A stretch of 64,000 nucleotides of DNA from an uncultured Dehalococcoidia bacterium (GCA_937975645.1 CALJTV010000036.1:39622-103621); one strand, 5' to 3'. Positions 52,951 to 63,361 are shown, counted from the first letter of the stretch. Numbers and translations: made by a program. The notes: generated by a model not told the origin, from the sequence alone.

Positions 52951-54259
52951 CAGCATAGTCCAGCGCCTCAGCGACCACGAAAAGCGAGCCGGTGACCAAT
53001 ACCATATCGGTCGCCCTGACTTCACTCAGAGCCCGAGACAACGCTTCGGGGACACTCCTGCTCTCCTCCACCACCATACCACCATCCTGAAATGCCTCCG
53101 CCAGCACCGAGATAGAAGCTGCCCGGGGATGGGTCGAGCTGGTGATGATGACCCGGTCTGCCAACGACCGCAACTCCTTCACCATCCCTGCGATGTCCTT
53201 GTCACAGGATGTACCGAAGATAACAATACACCTATCGTAGTCAAAATATTTGCTCACCGCCTTGGCAAGCTTGCGCATGGAATCAGCGTTGTGCGCCCCA
53301 TCCACCACAAGAAGCGGCTTTTGCTTCAGAATCTGAAGCCGCCCCTGCCATACCACCTCCTTCATCCCTTGGACGATTGCCTCTCTGGGAATCGGAACCC
53401 CCAGCGACATCAGCCCCTCCACCACTGCCACCGCAGTAGCTGCATTCTCCAATTGATGGTCGCCGAGCAACGGTATCTTAAGCGTATAGCTATCATTTCG
53501 GGTATTTATAACCAAGCTCTGCCCGGTGAGGTCGCCACCAGTCCTTTGCCAAGTGATGTCGTTACCTATCCTGACCAGCCCTGCCCTTTGCTCCGCACAT
53601 ACCTTCTCGATCACCATAGCAACATCTTGAACCTGTGGGGCACTGACCACTATGCTGCCCGGCTTAATGATGCCCGCCTTCTCGGCAGCGATCTTAGCCA
53701 CGGTATCACCCAGAATTTCCATGTGGTCAAGGCTGATAGAGGTGATCACACAGACATCCCCACGAGCCACATTGGTGGCATCGAGCCTGCCACCGAGTCC
53801 CACCTCCAGTACCTGAAACTCCACAGCCTTGCTCCTGAAATGGGCAAAGGCTACCGCAGTCAATATCTCGAAGGTCGTCAATGCGCCATACCTAGCTTCA
53901 CTGTTCACTACCTCCACCGCCGGCTTTACCTCGGAGACCAGCGCAGCAAATTCTTGCTCGGAGACCATGGCACCATTGACCTTGACCCTCTCCCTTATAG
54001 TATGGAGGTGTGGTGAAGTGTACGAGCCAGTCCGATACCCAGCAGCAATAAGCACCTGAGAGACCATCGCCGCAGTGCTCCCCTTACCCTTGGTACCAGC
54101 GATGTGCACTGTCCTTCTGCCCAGATGCGGGTTGCCCAGCAAGCGGAGCAGCTCCTCCATCCGCCTTAGATCATAGTTAGCCGCCGTATAGGCAAAACCC
54201 GGGATTTTCTCGTAATCAGTGAAGCTCAGAACGTACTTCTCTGCCTGGCTGAAGTCCAT
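52904..54259 (-). CDS. folC: Folylpolyglutamate synthase / dihydrofolate synthase
   Basis: 'HIAGTKGKGST' is the P-loop, in a Mur-ligase fold. Confidence 0.85.
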   Translation of the reverse strand: MDFSQAEKYVLSFTDYEKIPGFAYTAANYDLRRMEELLRLLGNPHLGRRTVHIAGTKGKGSTAAMVSQVLIAAGYRTGSYTSPHLHTIRERVKVNGAMVSEQEFAALVSEVKPAVEVVNSEARYGALTTFEILTAVAFAHFRSKAVEFQVLEVGLGGRLDATNVARGDVCVITSISLDHMEILGDTVAKIAAEKAGIIKPGSIVVSAPQVQDVAMVIEKVCAEQRAGLVRIGNDITWQRTGGDLTGQSLVINTRNDSYTLKIPLLGDHQLENAATAVAVVEGLMSLGVPIPREAIVQGMKEVVWQGRLQILKQKPLLVVDGAHNADSMRKLAKAVSKYFDYDRCIVIFGTSCDKDIAGMVKELRSLADRVIITSSTHPRAASISVLAEAFQDGGMVVEESRSVPEALSRALSEVRATDMVLVTGSLFVVAEALDYAAKQLDQGTGGLKQLL

Positions 54260-54358
54260 TACGGCACAATTATATCATCAGCTCAGAGCAGGAGGACAAT
54301 TGTTCCCCGGGCAGAAACTTGGAGATATGGCAGTGGTGGTTTATAATCTGTACAGGGC

Positions 54359-55183
54359 ATGAAGTTTATAGATAAGCTGCTGGCTGCCAGCCGGAAAAAC
54401 AACAGCCTGCTCTGCATCGGGCTCGACCCCGACCCTGAGCTCATTTCGGGCGTCGACTTTTTGGACTTCAATCGAGCTATCATCGATGCCACCTTTGACC
54501 TTGTCTGCGCCTACAAGCCCAACCTGGCATTCTACGAAGCGATGGGCATAGACGGGCTGAAGCTACTGGTGAAAACGGTGGAGCATATCCCGAAATACAT
54601 TCCAGTCATCGCCGATGGTAAACGCGGCGACATCGGTAACACCGCCAAGGCTTATGCCAGAGCCCTGTTCTCTACCTTTGGCTTCGACGCCGCCACGGTA
54701 AACCCCTACCTCGGCACTGACTGCATCGAGCCCTTTACCAGTTACACGGAAAAAGGCGTCTTCATTCTCTGCCGCACTTCAAACCCGGGAGCACTGGACT
54801 TTCAAAATCTACGAAGTCCAGAAGGTGTGCCCCTATACGAGTTGGTAGCTAGAAAAGCCTTGGAATGGAATACCAATGGCAATATCGGGTTGGTCATGGG
54901 TGCCACCTATCCTGAGGAACTGAAGTCAGTCCGCCAACTCTGCCCGGACATGCCTCTGCTCATCCCTGGCATCGGTCCTCAGGGCGGTGACCTGGCATCA
55001 GCGGTGCGTTATGGCACTGACAAGAATGGTGAAAAAGCCATTATCGTTGCCGCGCGACAGGTCCTTTATGCCGCTTCAGGCAGCGATTTCGCCGCAGCAG
55101 CCAGAAAAGCTGCTATGGAGCTAAAGGGTAAGATAAACAGACTCGTCTCTGAAATCGGGAGACTTCTATCTCAACAGCCTTAA
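54359..55183 (+). CDS. pyrF: Orotidine 5'-phosphate decarboxylase (long type)
   Basis: 'LCIGLDPD' and 'DGKRGDIGNT' are present. Confidence 0.85.
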   Translation: MKFIDKLLAASRKNNSLLCIGLDPDPELISGVDFLDFNRAIIDATFDLVCAYKPNLAFYEAMGIDGLKLLVKTVEHIPKYIPVIADGKRGDIGNTAKAYARALFSTFGFDAATVNPYLGTDCIEPFTSYTEKGVFILCRTSNPGALDFQNLRSPEGVPLYELVARKALEWNTNGNIGLVMGATYPEELKSVRQLCPDMPLLIPGIGPQGGDLASAVRYGTDKNGEKAIIVAARQVLYAASGSDFAAAARKAAMELKGKINRLVSEIGRLLSQQP

Positions 55184-55207
55184 AAACAAGCTGCAACCAT
55201 AAGCAAA

Positions 55208-55414
55208 ATGGAGATCCGACTGGGCGATATTGTCCGTCTGAAGAAGAAACACCCCTGCGGTAATGACGAATGGGTGGTGGTCAGAGTGGGTGCCGACATC
55301 CGCATCAGATGTCTAAAATGCCAGCGCTACGTGCTCCTGGAGAGAAGCGTCTTTGAACGCCGTGTCAGAGCTGTCCTCTCCACCGGTGGACAGGAACGCC
55401 CACCATCAGGTTAG
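55208..55414 (+). CDS. DUF951-family small protein
   Basis: MEIRLGDIVRLKKKHPCGNDEWVVVRVGADIRIRCLKCQRYV... Confidence 0.7.
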   Translation: MEIRLGDIVRLKKKHPCGNDEWVVVRVGADIRIRCLKCQRYVLLERSVFERRVRAVLSTGGQERPPSG

Positions 55415-55462
55415 GCCAGCCCCGAGCAAAATATCACCGCTAAGACGCGTAGACACCGACTT

Positions 55463-55491
55463 TTGACAAATAGAGGTGGTGCTGTTACAAT
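55463..55491 (+). promoter_or_regulatory. Putative sigma70 promoter TTGACA-17-TACAAT upstream of the MarR gene
   Basis: TTGACA lies at 55463-55468 and TACAAT at 55486-55491. Confidence 0.55.
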
Positions 55492-55578
55492 GGGATTTCT
55501 GTGCTCTAAGTAAGAAAATGGACTGGCCCCTTCTGGGGTCCGTCTCTGTTGACACTGAGCTTATACGGAGGAAACGTC

Positions 55579-56067
55579 ATGCCAGAGTTTACAGATGTCG
55601 ACAATAGCTATAACTTGTGGCTGCTACTGCACCAGGTCACTGATATAATATTCTACGCCCGGGAACAGGAGCTGAAAGAACATGACCTACCCGGAATGCA
55701 GGCAGAAGTCCTGTTCGCCATAAAAGCTATTGGTGATAAAGCCACGCCAGCAGAGATTGCCCGCTGGCTGTTCCGCAGACCACATTCGGTCTCCGGCATC
55801 CTCGACAGAATGGATAAAGCGGGCTTGGTGCGAAAGTCCAAAGACCTTGACCGCAAAAACCTGGTCAGGATCAGCCTCACGGAGAAGGGTGAAAAAGCTT
55901 TCACACAAGCTCTAAAGAGGGCTTCCATCCACAAGATAATCTCAGCCCTGAACGATGACCAGAAGAAACAGCTACAGTCCTTGCTCGATATCCTCCGAAG
56001 CAAGGGACTTAAGGAACTGGGACTGAACACCAGAAAAGTACCCTATCCTAAGTTCAAAGCTAGTTAG
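55579..56067 (+). CDS. MarR-family transcriptional regulator
   Basis: The winged-helix region is 'PAEIARWLFRRPHSVSGILDRMDKAGLVRK'. ATG 55579 follows GGAGGAAA. Confidence 0.8.
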   Translation: MPEFTDVDNSYNLWLLLHQVTDIIFYAREQELKEHDLPGMQAEVLFAIKAIGDKATPAEIARWLFRRPHSVSGILDRMDKAGLVRKSKDLDRKNLVRISLTEKGEKAFTQALKRASIHKIISALNDDQKKQLQSLLDILRSKGLKELGLNTRKVPYPKFKAS

Positions 56068-56171
56068 AAATCAATTTTGGGACCGCAAGCACCTATAACC
56101 CGGTGCTAAACCTTCCGACGAAAGTTTGCAGTTGATGGTTTCTGCACCCGTGGCTTATAATCGCACCGGAT

Positions 56172-57365
56172 ATGGCACGGTGCATCTTTCATATAGACCT
56201 TGATGCCTTTTTTGTCTCCGTCGAACAGTCCCTGAGACCGGAACTGCAGGGCAGACCTGTGGTCGTAGGCGGCAGACCAGACCGACGCGGGGTGGTAGCA
56301 TCCGCCTCCTACGAAGCCAGGAAATTCGGCATCAAGGCGGGCATGCCGCTCTCCCGTGCCTACCAGCTCTGCCCTAAAGCAATTTTCATCGAGGGGAACT
56401 TCCCACGGTACAGGGATGCTTCAGAGAAATTTATGACCATACTGGCAGGATATTCGCCCTCCCTGGAGCCGGTAGGACTGGACGAGGCATATATGGACAT
56501 TACCGGCTGCGACAGCCACGGAACGCCGTGCCAACTAGCCGAACGTATAAGGAGAGAAATAAAGACGAAGCTCAAACTGACTGCCTCCATCGGCATCGCC
56601 AGTTGTAAGGTGGTAGCCAAGATCGCCTCCGATATAGCAAAACCGGATGGCGTGGTCGAAGTGGCACCTGGCGCCGAGAAGGAGTTCTTGGCACCCCTGC
56701 CAGTAAACAGCCTTCCCGGCGTGGGCAGAAAGACCGAGGCAGTACTCAAATCACTGGGCATAACCACCATCGGGCAGCTCGCCGCCCTACCTCTCCCTGT
56801 ACTCAAAGCACGTCTCGGGTCAAGCGGGGTTGTGTTGCACAACTACGCCAACGGCATCGACACCCGGCGGGTAGAGCTGCCTGGCGAAGCTAAATCAATC
56901 AGCCGGGAGACCACATTGGCACGGGACACCCTTGACCAGCCCTTGCTCAAAGCCCTGCTTCGCTATCTCTGCGAGCAAGTCGGTGCCGAGCTACGCAGCC
57001 AAGATGGACAGGCCAGACGGGTGACCCTGAAGCTGAGGTATGCCGACTTCGACACCGTGACTCGGAGTTCAACATCACCAGAAGCTACCTCCAGCGATGA
57101 TGTCATCTTCTCCAGGGCTGAAGTACTGCTTCACAAAGCGCTCTCCCAGAGACGAGAACTAGTCCACCTTATAGGTGTGGAGGTATCTGCCCTGACCTAC
57201 GGCAAACAGCTCCGTCTTTTCGAGTCCTCGCCACGGCGCCTAGAATATCTAGACAGAGCAGTCGACCGCATTCGCAAGAAATACGGCTTCGCCTCCATCC
57301 AGACCGGCTGTACCCTGCATCTCAAAGACCTGTTTGCCAGCGACCTGAAGCCGGCAATGCCGTAG
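56172..57365 (+). CDS. dinB: DNA polymerase IV
   Basis: 'FHIDLDAFFVSVEQ' is present, in a Y-family polymerase layout. Confidence 0.85.
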   Translation: MARCIFHIDLDAFFVSVEQSLRPELQGRPVVVGGRPDRRGVVASASYEARKFGIKAGMPLSRAYQLCPKAIFIEGNFPRYRDASEKFMTILAGYSPSLEPVGLDEAYMDITGCDSHGTPCQLAERIRREIKTKLKLTASIGIASCKVVAKIASDIAKPDGVVEVAPGAEKEFLAPLPVNSLPGVGRKTEAVLKSLGITTIGQLAALPLPVLKARLGSSGVVLHNYANGIDTRRVELPGEAKSISRETTLARDTLDQPLLKALLRYLCEQVGAELRSQDGQARRVTLKLRYADFDTVTRSSTSPEATSSDDVIFSRAEVLLHKALSQRRELVHLIGVEVSALTYGKQLRLFESSPRRLEYLDRAVDRIRKKYGFASIQTGCTLHLKDLFASDLKPAMP

Positions 57366-57487
57366 ATGCCATACCACAATGGGTTGTAGCCACCTATGGC
57401 TCTTGTCTTTATGCAGTTCCAAGTCTATAATTAAGTCCATCGTTTTCAAACTGTTTCGATGAACGGTAGCGGAAAGGAGATGTAAGC

Positions 57488-58429
57488 ATGCCACCCTACG
57501 CCTTCTTTCAAAAGCAGTTTATGCCACTTGCTGAGGCTAAAATAGGCATCCTCACCCATGCGCTGCATTACGGTACTGCCTGCTTTGAAGGTATCCGAGG
57601 AAACTGGAATGCAGAACAGGGGCAATTATACCTGTTCCGCATGAAAGAGCACTATGAGCGCATGCGGCAAGGTTGTCGCCTGCTAAAAATAGACCTTCCC
57701 TACTCCATAGAAGAGTTATGCTCCATCACCACAGAACTAGTGGAGAAAAGCGGCTACCGTGAGGACGTATACATCCGACCGCTGGCTTATAAAAGTTCAC
57801 AGGCTGTCGGCGTCCGTCTGCATGACCTGGAAGACGACTTTTTCATCATCGTCACCACCCTCCCCGCCTATCTGGATACCGACAATGGCGTCCGCTGCTG
57901 CACCTCGTCATGGAGACGCGTGGACGACACCATGATACCCCCCAGAGGCAAAATCACCGGGATCTATGTCAATAGCGCGCTGGCTAAGACAGAGGCAAAC
58001 GAACTGGGATTTGACGAAGCCATCCTGCTCAATCAGGATGGTCATGTATCAGAGGGAAGCGGCGAAAATATATTCATCGTCAGCGGTAACACGCTGGTCA
58101 CCCCACCCAGCTCAGACAACATCCTGCTGGGCATTACACGGGACACGGTAATCCAACTGGCACGCAACGAACTGGGAATAGAGACTGTGGAGAGGTCAAT
58201 CGACCGCAGCGAACTCTACCTTGCCGATGAAGCCTTCTTTACTGGCACTGCCGCACATGTCAGTCCCATACTTGAAATCGACCACCGCCCCATCGGCAAT
58301 GGCAAGGTGGGCAAAGTGACCAAGAAACTGCAGCAGCTATACTTTGATGTTATCAGAGGCAAGAACCCCAAGTATTTCCATTGGTGTACGCCCGTGTACA
58401 CAAAAGTAGTTGAAAAAAAACTTTCTTAA
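57488..58429 (+). CDS. ilvE: Branched-chain amino acid aminotransferase (class IV)
   Basis: 313 aa. '...HALHYGTACFEGIRG...' is present. SD AAAGGAGA. Confidence 0.8.
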   Translation: MPPYAFFQKQFMPLAEAKIGILTHALHYGTACFEGIRGNWNAEQGQLYLFRMKEHYERMRQGCRLLKIDLPYSIEELCSITTELVEKSGYREDVYIRPLAYKSSQAVGVRLHDLEDDFFIIVTTLPAYLDTDNGVRCCTSSWRRVDDTMIPPRGKITGIYVNSALAKTEANELGFDEAILLNQDGHVSEGSGENIFIVSGNTLVTPPSSDNILLGITRDTVIQLARNELGIETVERSIDRSELYLADEAFFTGTAAHVSPILEIDHRPIGNGKVGKVTKKLQQLYFDVIRGKNPKYFHWCTPVYTKVVEKKLS

Positions 58430-58467
58430 ACAGAGAGGTCTTGGACACAAGAACAGGCAGCTTACGT

Positions 58468-59034
58468 TCAGCCCACTTTGATCTGCAGCATCCTTAGCAG
58501 GCAAAGAAGGCGGCAGCTCTCTTCGAGCGTAGTGGTGTAGTAGTAAGCTTCCTCAAGCAGTTGCCCCACGGCAAAGCTCCCGTGGCCACGCACCAGCACC
58601 ACCTTATGGCTGGCCAACGCCTCAGCTATCTCCTCAGCCATCTCCCCGGGAACCACCGGTCCTTGCTTAGTGAGCACAGGCACCTTTGAGAGCAAGAGTA
58701 TCCCTTCCATATCGCAGGGCACGATCTCCTTCTCACAGAACGAGAGGGCAACGGCATAGGCTGGGTGGGCATGTACTATAGCTGAGGCTGAAGTCCGCTT
58801 GTATATCTCGCGGTGCACCGCTAGTTCAGTTGAAGCCAGCGGCGTAAAGCGGTCATTTTTGTGGATTCCTGTCTCCACAAGGTCATGCTCCTCCAGTTGC
58901 CCCAGCATGCTGCCCCGGTGGGTTATACACAGCCGCTCCCCAAGCCTGATACTGAGATTACCGCTGTGCGAGGAGACCAGTCCTCGGGCACAGAGTTCAC
59001 GCCCCACTGCCTGAAACTGCCGGAGAAGCATCAC
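58468..59034 (-). CDS. Class II aldolase/adducin-family protein
   Basis: 'SSHSGNLS' and 'IVHAHPAYAVALS' are present. Confidence 0.75.
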   Translation of the reverse strand: MMLLRQFQAVGRELCARGLVSSHSGNLSIRLGERLCITHRGSMLGQLEEHDLVETGIHKNDRFTPLASTELAVHREIYKRTSASAIVHAHPAYAVALSFCEKEIVPCDMEGILLLSKVPVLTKQGPVVPGEMAEEIAEALASHKVVLVRGHGSFAVGQLLEEAYYYTTTLEESCRLLCLLRMLQIKVG

Positions 59035-59139
59035 CTAACTTTTACACCAATACCACAGCGAAAGTCAAATCACCACTCGCCCGTCAATCGAGTGGAGCCC
59101 AAAAATCGCAAACCCATCCTCACCGGCAACAGACAAAAA

Positions 59140-59436
59140 TCACTTTTTTTGTTCACCAGCAACAGTGGAGAGTTTCGCCCGATTGAATTTTTTCATCAGG
59201 CGCGATTTGCGCCTGGCAGCATTGTTGGGGTGTATTACCCCCTTCTCCGCCGCCCTGTCCAGGGCACTTATAGCCTGGATTACCAGCGGCTCAGCAGCCT
59301 CAAGATTACCGGCAGCTATAGCCTTCTCCGCTTTGGTTATCCATGTCTTGGTAGCACTTTTTACCGCCTTATTTCTTAGCCTCTTCCTCTCGGAAGCTCT
59401 AGCAGCCTTCAATACGGATTTGCTCTTCTTGGGCAA
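59140..59436 (-). CDS. rpsT: 30S ribosomal protein S20
   Basis: (M)PKKSKSVLKAARASERKRLRNKAVKS... The TTG start follows AGGAGGT. Confidence 0.9.
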   Translation of the reverse strand: MPKKSKSVLKAARASERKRLRNKAVKSATKTWITKAEKAIAAGNLEAAEPLVIQAISALDRAAEKGVIHPNNAARRKSRLMKKFNRAKLSTVAGEQKK

Positions 59437-59445
59437 TGTTACCTC

Positions 59446-59598
59446 CTACTTTCTTATCAACGTCAGCGCTCCCCAAAGGATGAGAAAAATGCCAATTATC
59501 CACTGTGCAATATAGAACTTCCATATGACCAGGATGCCAGCCACAATAGCCAGTATCCCCAGTGCTGCCTCACTTAGGGTAACGCTTTTCTTCGCCAT
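59446..59598 (-). CDS. Small (50 aa) two-TM-like membrane protein, below the ORF-track cutoff
   Basis: Own translation: MAKKSVTLSEAALGILAIVAGILVIWKFYIAQWIIGIFLILWGALTLIRK. Its TAG stop lies inside the rpsT SD (aagTAGGAGGT). Confidence 0.45.
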   Translation of the reverse strand: MAKKSVTLSEAALGILAIVAGILVIWKFYIAQWIIGIFLILWGALTLIRK

Positions 59599-59622
59599 GA
59601 CGACCTCACATAAACGGTAAGT

Positions 59623-59651
59623 ATAATATCGACTTCACCACTGTCTGTCAA
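59623..59651 (-). promoter_or_regulatory. Putative promoter TTGACA-17-TATTAT for the small ORF-rpsT unit
   Basis: On the minus strand, TTGACA lies at 59651-59646 and TATTAT at 59628-59623. Confidence 0.5.
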
Positions 59652-59700
59652 TTCCAGCCCCACAGACTAGCGTGTGGGCTGCTCCGTAGCCAGAAGGAAA

Positions 59701-59731
59701 GGCAGGCGCTCTTTTAAAGCGAGCGCCTGCC
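59701..59731 (-). terminator. Rho-independent terminator after dnaK
   Basis: An 11-bp perfect stem GGCAGGCGCTC / GAGCGCCTGCC has a 9-nt loop. TTTCCTTC follows it on the minus strand. Confidence 0.65.
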
Positions 59732-59755
59732 CTTCTTTACACCCACGGCATATTC

Positions 59756-61639
59756 TTAGATTTCTCTAAATTCGCCCTCCACCGTCCCTTCATCGCCCCC
59801 CGGAGGTTGTCCGGTTGAGCCACCAGAAGGTGCCCCCGCCTGCTGGTAGACAGCAGCACCTACCTTCTGCATGACTTGGGAAAGGTCATTGACCGTCGTC
59901 TTTATGTAGTTTATGTCCGTGCCCTGCAGAGCTGAACGCACCGCAGCCACCTTCCCCTCAACCTCGTGTCTTAGGTCAGCCGGTATCTTGTCGCCGTGCT
60001 CCCTAAGAGTCTTCTCCGCGGTATAGACAAGGCTGTCAGCCATATTACGTGTCTCCGCCTCCTCCCTCTTTCTGGCGTCCTCAGCAGCGTGCATCTCAGC
60101 TTCACGCCGCATCTTCTCCACCTCTTCCTTGCTCAGACCACTGGAGGCGGTGATGGTTATCTTCTGCTCCTTGCCAGTACCCTTGTCCTTTGCCCGTACG
60201 CTTAAGATACCATTGGCATCTATATCAAAGGTCACCTCAATTTGGGGCACACCCCTGGGCGCTGGAAGTATCCCGTCCAGTATGAATCTGCCCAGGGTAC
60301 GGTTGTCTGCCGCCATAGGACGCTCTCCTTGGAGCACATGGATCTCCACGCTGGTCTGGTTGTCAGTTGCGGTGGTGAATATCTGACTCTTTGCCGTCGG
60401 TATAGTGGTATTACGCGGGATGAGCGGTGTCATCACACCACCAAGCGTCTCAATGCCCAGCGTCAGCGGCGTCACATCAAGAAGCAAGACCTCCCTCACA
60501 TCGCCCTTCAGCACGCCCGCCTGAATGGCTGCCCCCAGCGCCACCGCCTCGTCCGGGTTTATCCCCTTTATCGGCTCCTTGCCGAAGAACTGCCGCACCA
60601 GCTCCTGCACTTTTGGCATCCTAGTCTGCCCGCCCACCAGAATCACATCGCTTATCTGGGCTACCGTCAGCCCGGCATCGCTCAACGCTTGCCGGCAAGG
60701 TCCAATGGTCTTTTCCAGCAGGTCCAGGCACAGTTGCTCCAGCTTAGCCCGGGTAAGAGTGATGTTCAGATGCTTTGGTCCCGAGGCATCGGCAGTGATA
60801 AACGGCAGGTTTATCTCTGTCTGAGTCACCGTAGAGAGCTCTCGTTTGGCTTTCTCTGCAGCATCCTTGAGCCTCTGCAGTGCCATCCTGTCCTGCTTTA
60901 GGTCTATACCCGTCTCCTTCTTAAACTCCTCGCACAGCCAGTCGATGATCCTCTGGTCGATATCATCACCACCAAGATGGGTGTCGCCAGAGGTGGACTT
61001 CACCTGGAACGTGCCCTCGCCAAGCTCCAGTATGGAAATATCGAACGTGCCACCGCCCAGGTCATAGACCGCGATCGTCTCCTCGCCCTTCTTGTCCAGC
61101 CCGTAAGCCAGCGCCGAAGCTGTGGGCTCATTGATGATGCGCAGCACATTTAGCCCAGCGATGGTGCCAGCATCCTTGGTCGCCTGCCGCTGGCTATCAT
61201 TGAAATAGGCAGGCACCGTGATCACCGCGTCAGTGACCTTCTCCCCAAGGTACGCTTCGGCATCAGCCTTTAGCTTCTGCAGGATCATGGCTGATATCTC
61301 AGGCGGGCTATATTCCTTACCACCCATCACCACCCAGGCATCGCCGTTCCGCGCCTCGATAATCTTGTAGGGCAACCGCTTCATATCGAACTGCACCTCG
61401 GAGTCGCGGAACTTCCGCCCCATCAACCGCTTGATGCTGAAGATGGTGTTCTCCGGGTTGGTTATCGCCTGCCTTTTCGCCAGCAGCCCCACCAGCCGCT
61501 CCCCCTTCTTGTCAATAGCCACCACAGAGGGTGTCAGCCTCTCACCTTCAGCGTTGGGAATGACTTTGGGCTCGCCACCCTCGATTACCGCCACCACACT
61601 GAAGGTAGTACCAAGATCAATACCTACTGCTCTTCCCAT
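59756..61639 (-). CDS. dnaK: Molecular chaperone DnaK
   Basis: [18 protein letters not shown]..., conserved throughout. Confidence 0.95.
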   Translation of the reverse strand: MGRAVGIDLGTTFSVVAVIEGGEPKVIPNAEGERLTPSVVAIDKKGERLVGLLAKRQAITNPENTIFSIKRLMGRKFRDSEVQFDMKRLPYKIIEARNGDAWVVMGGKEYSPPEISAMILQKLKADAEAYLGEKVTDAVITVPAYFNDSQRQATKDAGTIAGLNVLRIINEPTASALAYGLDKKGEETIAVYDLGGGTFDISILELGEGTFQVKSTSGDTHLGGDDIDQRIIDWLCEEFKKETGIDLKQDRMALQRLKDAAEKAKRELSTVTQTEINLPFITADASGPKHLNITLTRAKLEQLCLDLLEKTIGPCRQALSDAGLTVAQISDVILVGGQTRMPKVQELVRQFFGKEPIKGINPDEAVALGAAIQAGVLKGDVREVLLLDVTPLTLGIETLGGVMTPLIPRNTTIPTAKSQIFTTATDNQTSVEIHVLQGERPMAADNRTLGRFILDGILPAPRGVPQIEVTFDIDANGILSVRAKDKGTGKEQKITITASSGLSKEEVEKMRREAEMHAAEDARKREEAETRNMADSLVYTAEKTLREHGDKIPADLRHEVEGKVAAVRSALQGTDINYIKTTVNDLSQVMQKVGAAVYQQAGAPSGGSTGQPPGGDEGTVEGEFREI

Positions 61640-61664
61640 AACTGACCTCCTTACTTAGACCTTT

Positions 61665-62234
61665 TTATCTTTCTTTCGAGTTCTCACCTTGCGTCTGAGC
61701 AGCACCACCGTTACCCTTCCCCACCACCACCTGCGGTGCTCGGAGCAACCTGTCTTTAAGCCAGTAACCCTTGCGCACCTCCTCCACCACCAGTCCCTCC
61801 TCACCATCACCTTGGGCTACCGCCTCGTGGACCTGTGGGTTAAAGACCTCCCCGACACACTTCACCTCAGACAGCCCGTGCTTGCCCAACACGTCCAGCA
61901 ACATGCGCTGGATCTGCCTGAAGCCCTCGATCCAGCCCCACTTCTCATCGTCAGGAGCGACCCCCTTAAACGCCCGATCAAAGGCATCCAGCACCGGCAG
62001 TATATCGCACACCAGCGCTGAATTAGCCATTTTTACGAACTCCTTCTTCTCCTCCTCCTCGCGCCGTTTATAGTTCCTGAAATCAGCCTCCGCCCTCTGC
62101 CAGTTAGCCAAGTACCTCTCAGCCTTCTCCTTCTCCCTGGCTAACGCCTCGCGGAGGGCTTCGATGTCATTCTCTACTTCTTCGTCGGCGCCCGCCACCT
62201 CTTGCCCGGATAGCGCTTCTTCCTCTGCAAACAA
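61665..62234 (-). CDS. grpE: Nucleotide exchange factor GrpE
   Basis: The 'RYLANWQRAEADFRNYKRR' region is typical of GrpE. Confidence 0.9.
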   Translation of the reverse strand: MFAEEEALSGQEVAGADEEVENDIEALREALAREKEKAERYLANWQRAEADFRNYKRREEEEKKEFVKMANSALVCDILPVLDAFDRAFKGVAPDDEKWGWIEGFRQIQRMLLDVLGKHGLSEVKCVGEVFNPQVHEAVAQGDGEEGLVVEEVRKGYWLKDRLLRAPQVVVGKGNGGAAQTQGENSKER

Positions 62235-62261
62235 TTTACTGTCCCCCTGATACTCTCTAAA

Positions 62262-63293
62262 TCAGTCGCTGGTGCAGACCCGAGACAACAGGTCGCTCAG
62301 CACCTGTGACATATAGTCCACCGTGGAGATAGCCCGGCGATAGTCCATACGGGTAGGACCTATGACGCCGAGGGCACCGCTTGCCCTGCCCGGCACACCA
62401 TACCTGCTGAACACCAGGCTCAAGTCCTGAAATATTTCGTCCCCGTGCTCACCGCCTATCACCACTTGCACACCGACATCGCCAGACCACCTCGCCAGCG
62501 TGGAATTAATCCATTCTTTGGTCTCAAACAGTTCCATCACACTGAGCATCCTTTCCCGGCGCGCGAACTCCGGCTGGTCTAGCATAAGGCGTATACCTTC
62601 AAAATATGGCTCCTCATATTCCACCTCGTCTTCGGCGCTCATAATGTCCAGCACCGCCTCCAGCACCTGCTCCTCTCTTAGCGCCAGCCCCTTTCGCCTC
62701 CTTCTGATTTCAGAACTTGTCAGATTGAAACAAAGTGCATTCAGCCTGTCGGCGACCGCAGTCAATTCAGTCTGCGTCACCGGTTCGCTAAATGACAGCA
62801 GTCGCCGCTTCAATATCGCCTCACTGAGAACCAACACCATAAGCGCTAGAAACTCATGCAGCCCCACCAGCTCTAGGTGTCTAAAACGGCAGCGGCTGGG
62901 CTTGGGGAATGTGACCACAGCAGCGCTCCTCACCAGATGCGACATCACCATCGCTGCCAGCCTTATCCACCTCTCCAGCCCCTCACTCGCCTCACGAAAG
63001 AGTTCTCGTATGCGGTACTGCTCCTCGAAGGGCAGCTCATATTTTTGGGCTAATGACTCCACATAGCGCCGGTAGCCCTTGTCAGTGGGCACACCACCCG
63101 CAGAGGTGTGAGGACGTATAATATAGCCCTCCCTCTCCAGATAAGCCATATCATTGCGAATGGTCGCCGGACTAACCCCCAGATCATAATTCCGATGAAT
63201 AGTCTCCGATGCCACCGGCTGCGCCGTGGTAACATACTCGTTGACTATGATCCTTAAAATAGCTTCCCTTCTGGCAGCAACGCTCCTAGCCAT
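62262..63293 (-). CDS. hrcA: Heat-inducible transcription repressor HrcA
   Basis: MARSVAARREAILRIIVNEYVTTAQPVASETI... The start is set at ATG 63293. The longer ORF, starting at 63332, would contain the CIRCE element. Confidence 0.9.
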   Translation of the reverse strand: MARSVAARREAILRIIVNEYVTTAQPVASETIHRNYDLGVSPATIRNDMAYLEREGYIIRPHTSAGGVPTDKGYRRYVESLAQKYELPFEEQYRIRELFREASEGLERWIRLAAMVMSHLVRSAAVVTFPKPSRCRFRHLELVGLHEFLALMVLVLSEAILKRRLLSFSEPVTQTELTAVADRLNALCFNLTSSEIRRRRKGLALREEQVLEAVLDIMSAEDEVEYEEPYFEGIRLMLDQPEFARRERMLSVMELFETKEWINSTLARWSGDVGVQVVIGGEHGDEIFQDLSLVFSRYGVPGRASGALGVIGPTRMDYRRAISTVDYMSQVLSDLLSRVCTSD

Positions 63294-63295
63294 TT

Positions 63296-63322
63296 TTAGC
63301 ACTCTCCGCTGTCGACTGCTAA
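63296..63322 (-). promoter_or_regulatory. CIRCE operator (HrcA binding site)
   Basis: TTAGCACTC-tccgctgtc-GACTGCTAA has one mismatch to the consensus TTAGCACTC-N9-GAGTGCTAA. Confidence 0.8.
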
Positions 63323-63332
63323 CATCACCCAT

Positions 63333-63361
63333 ACTTTACCATATTTACGGCGGCGTGTCAA
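63333..63361 (-). promoter_or_regulatory. Putative hrcA operon promoter TTGACA-17-TAAAGT
   Basis: On the minus strand, TTGACA lies at 63361-63356 and TAAAGT at 63338-63333, immediately upstream of CIRCE. Confidence 0.55.
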
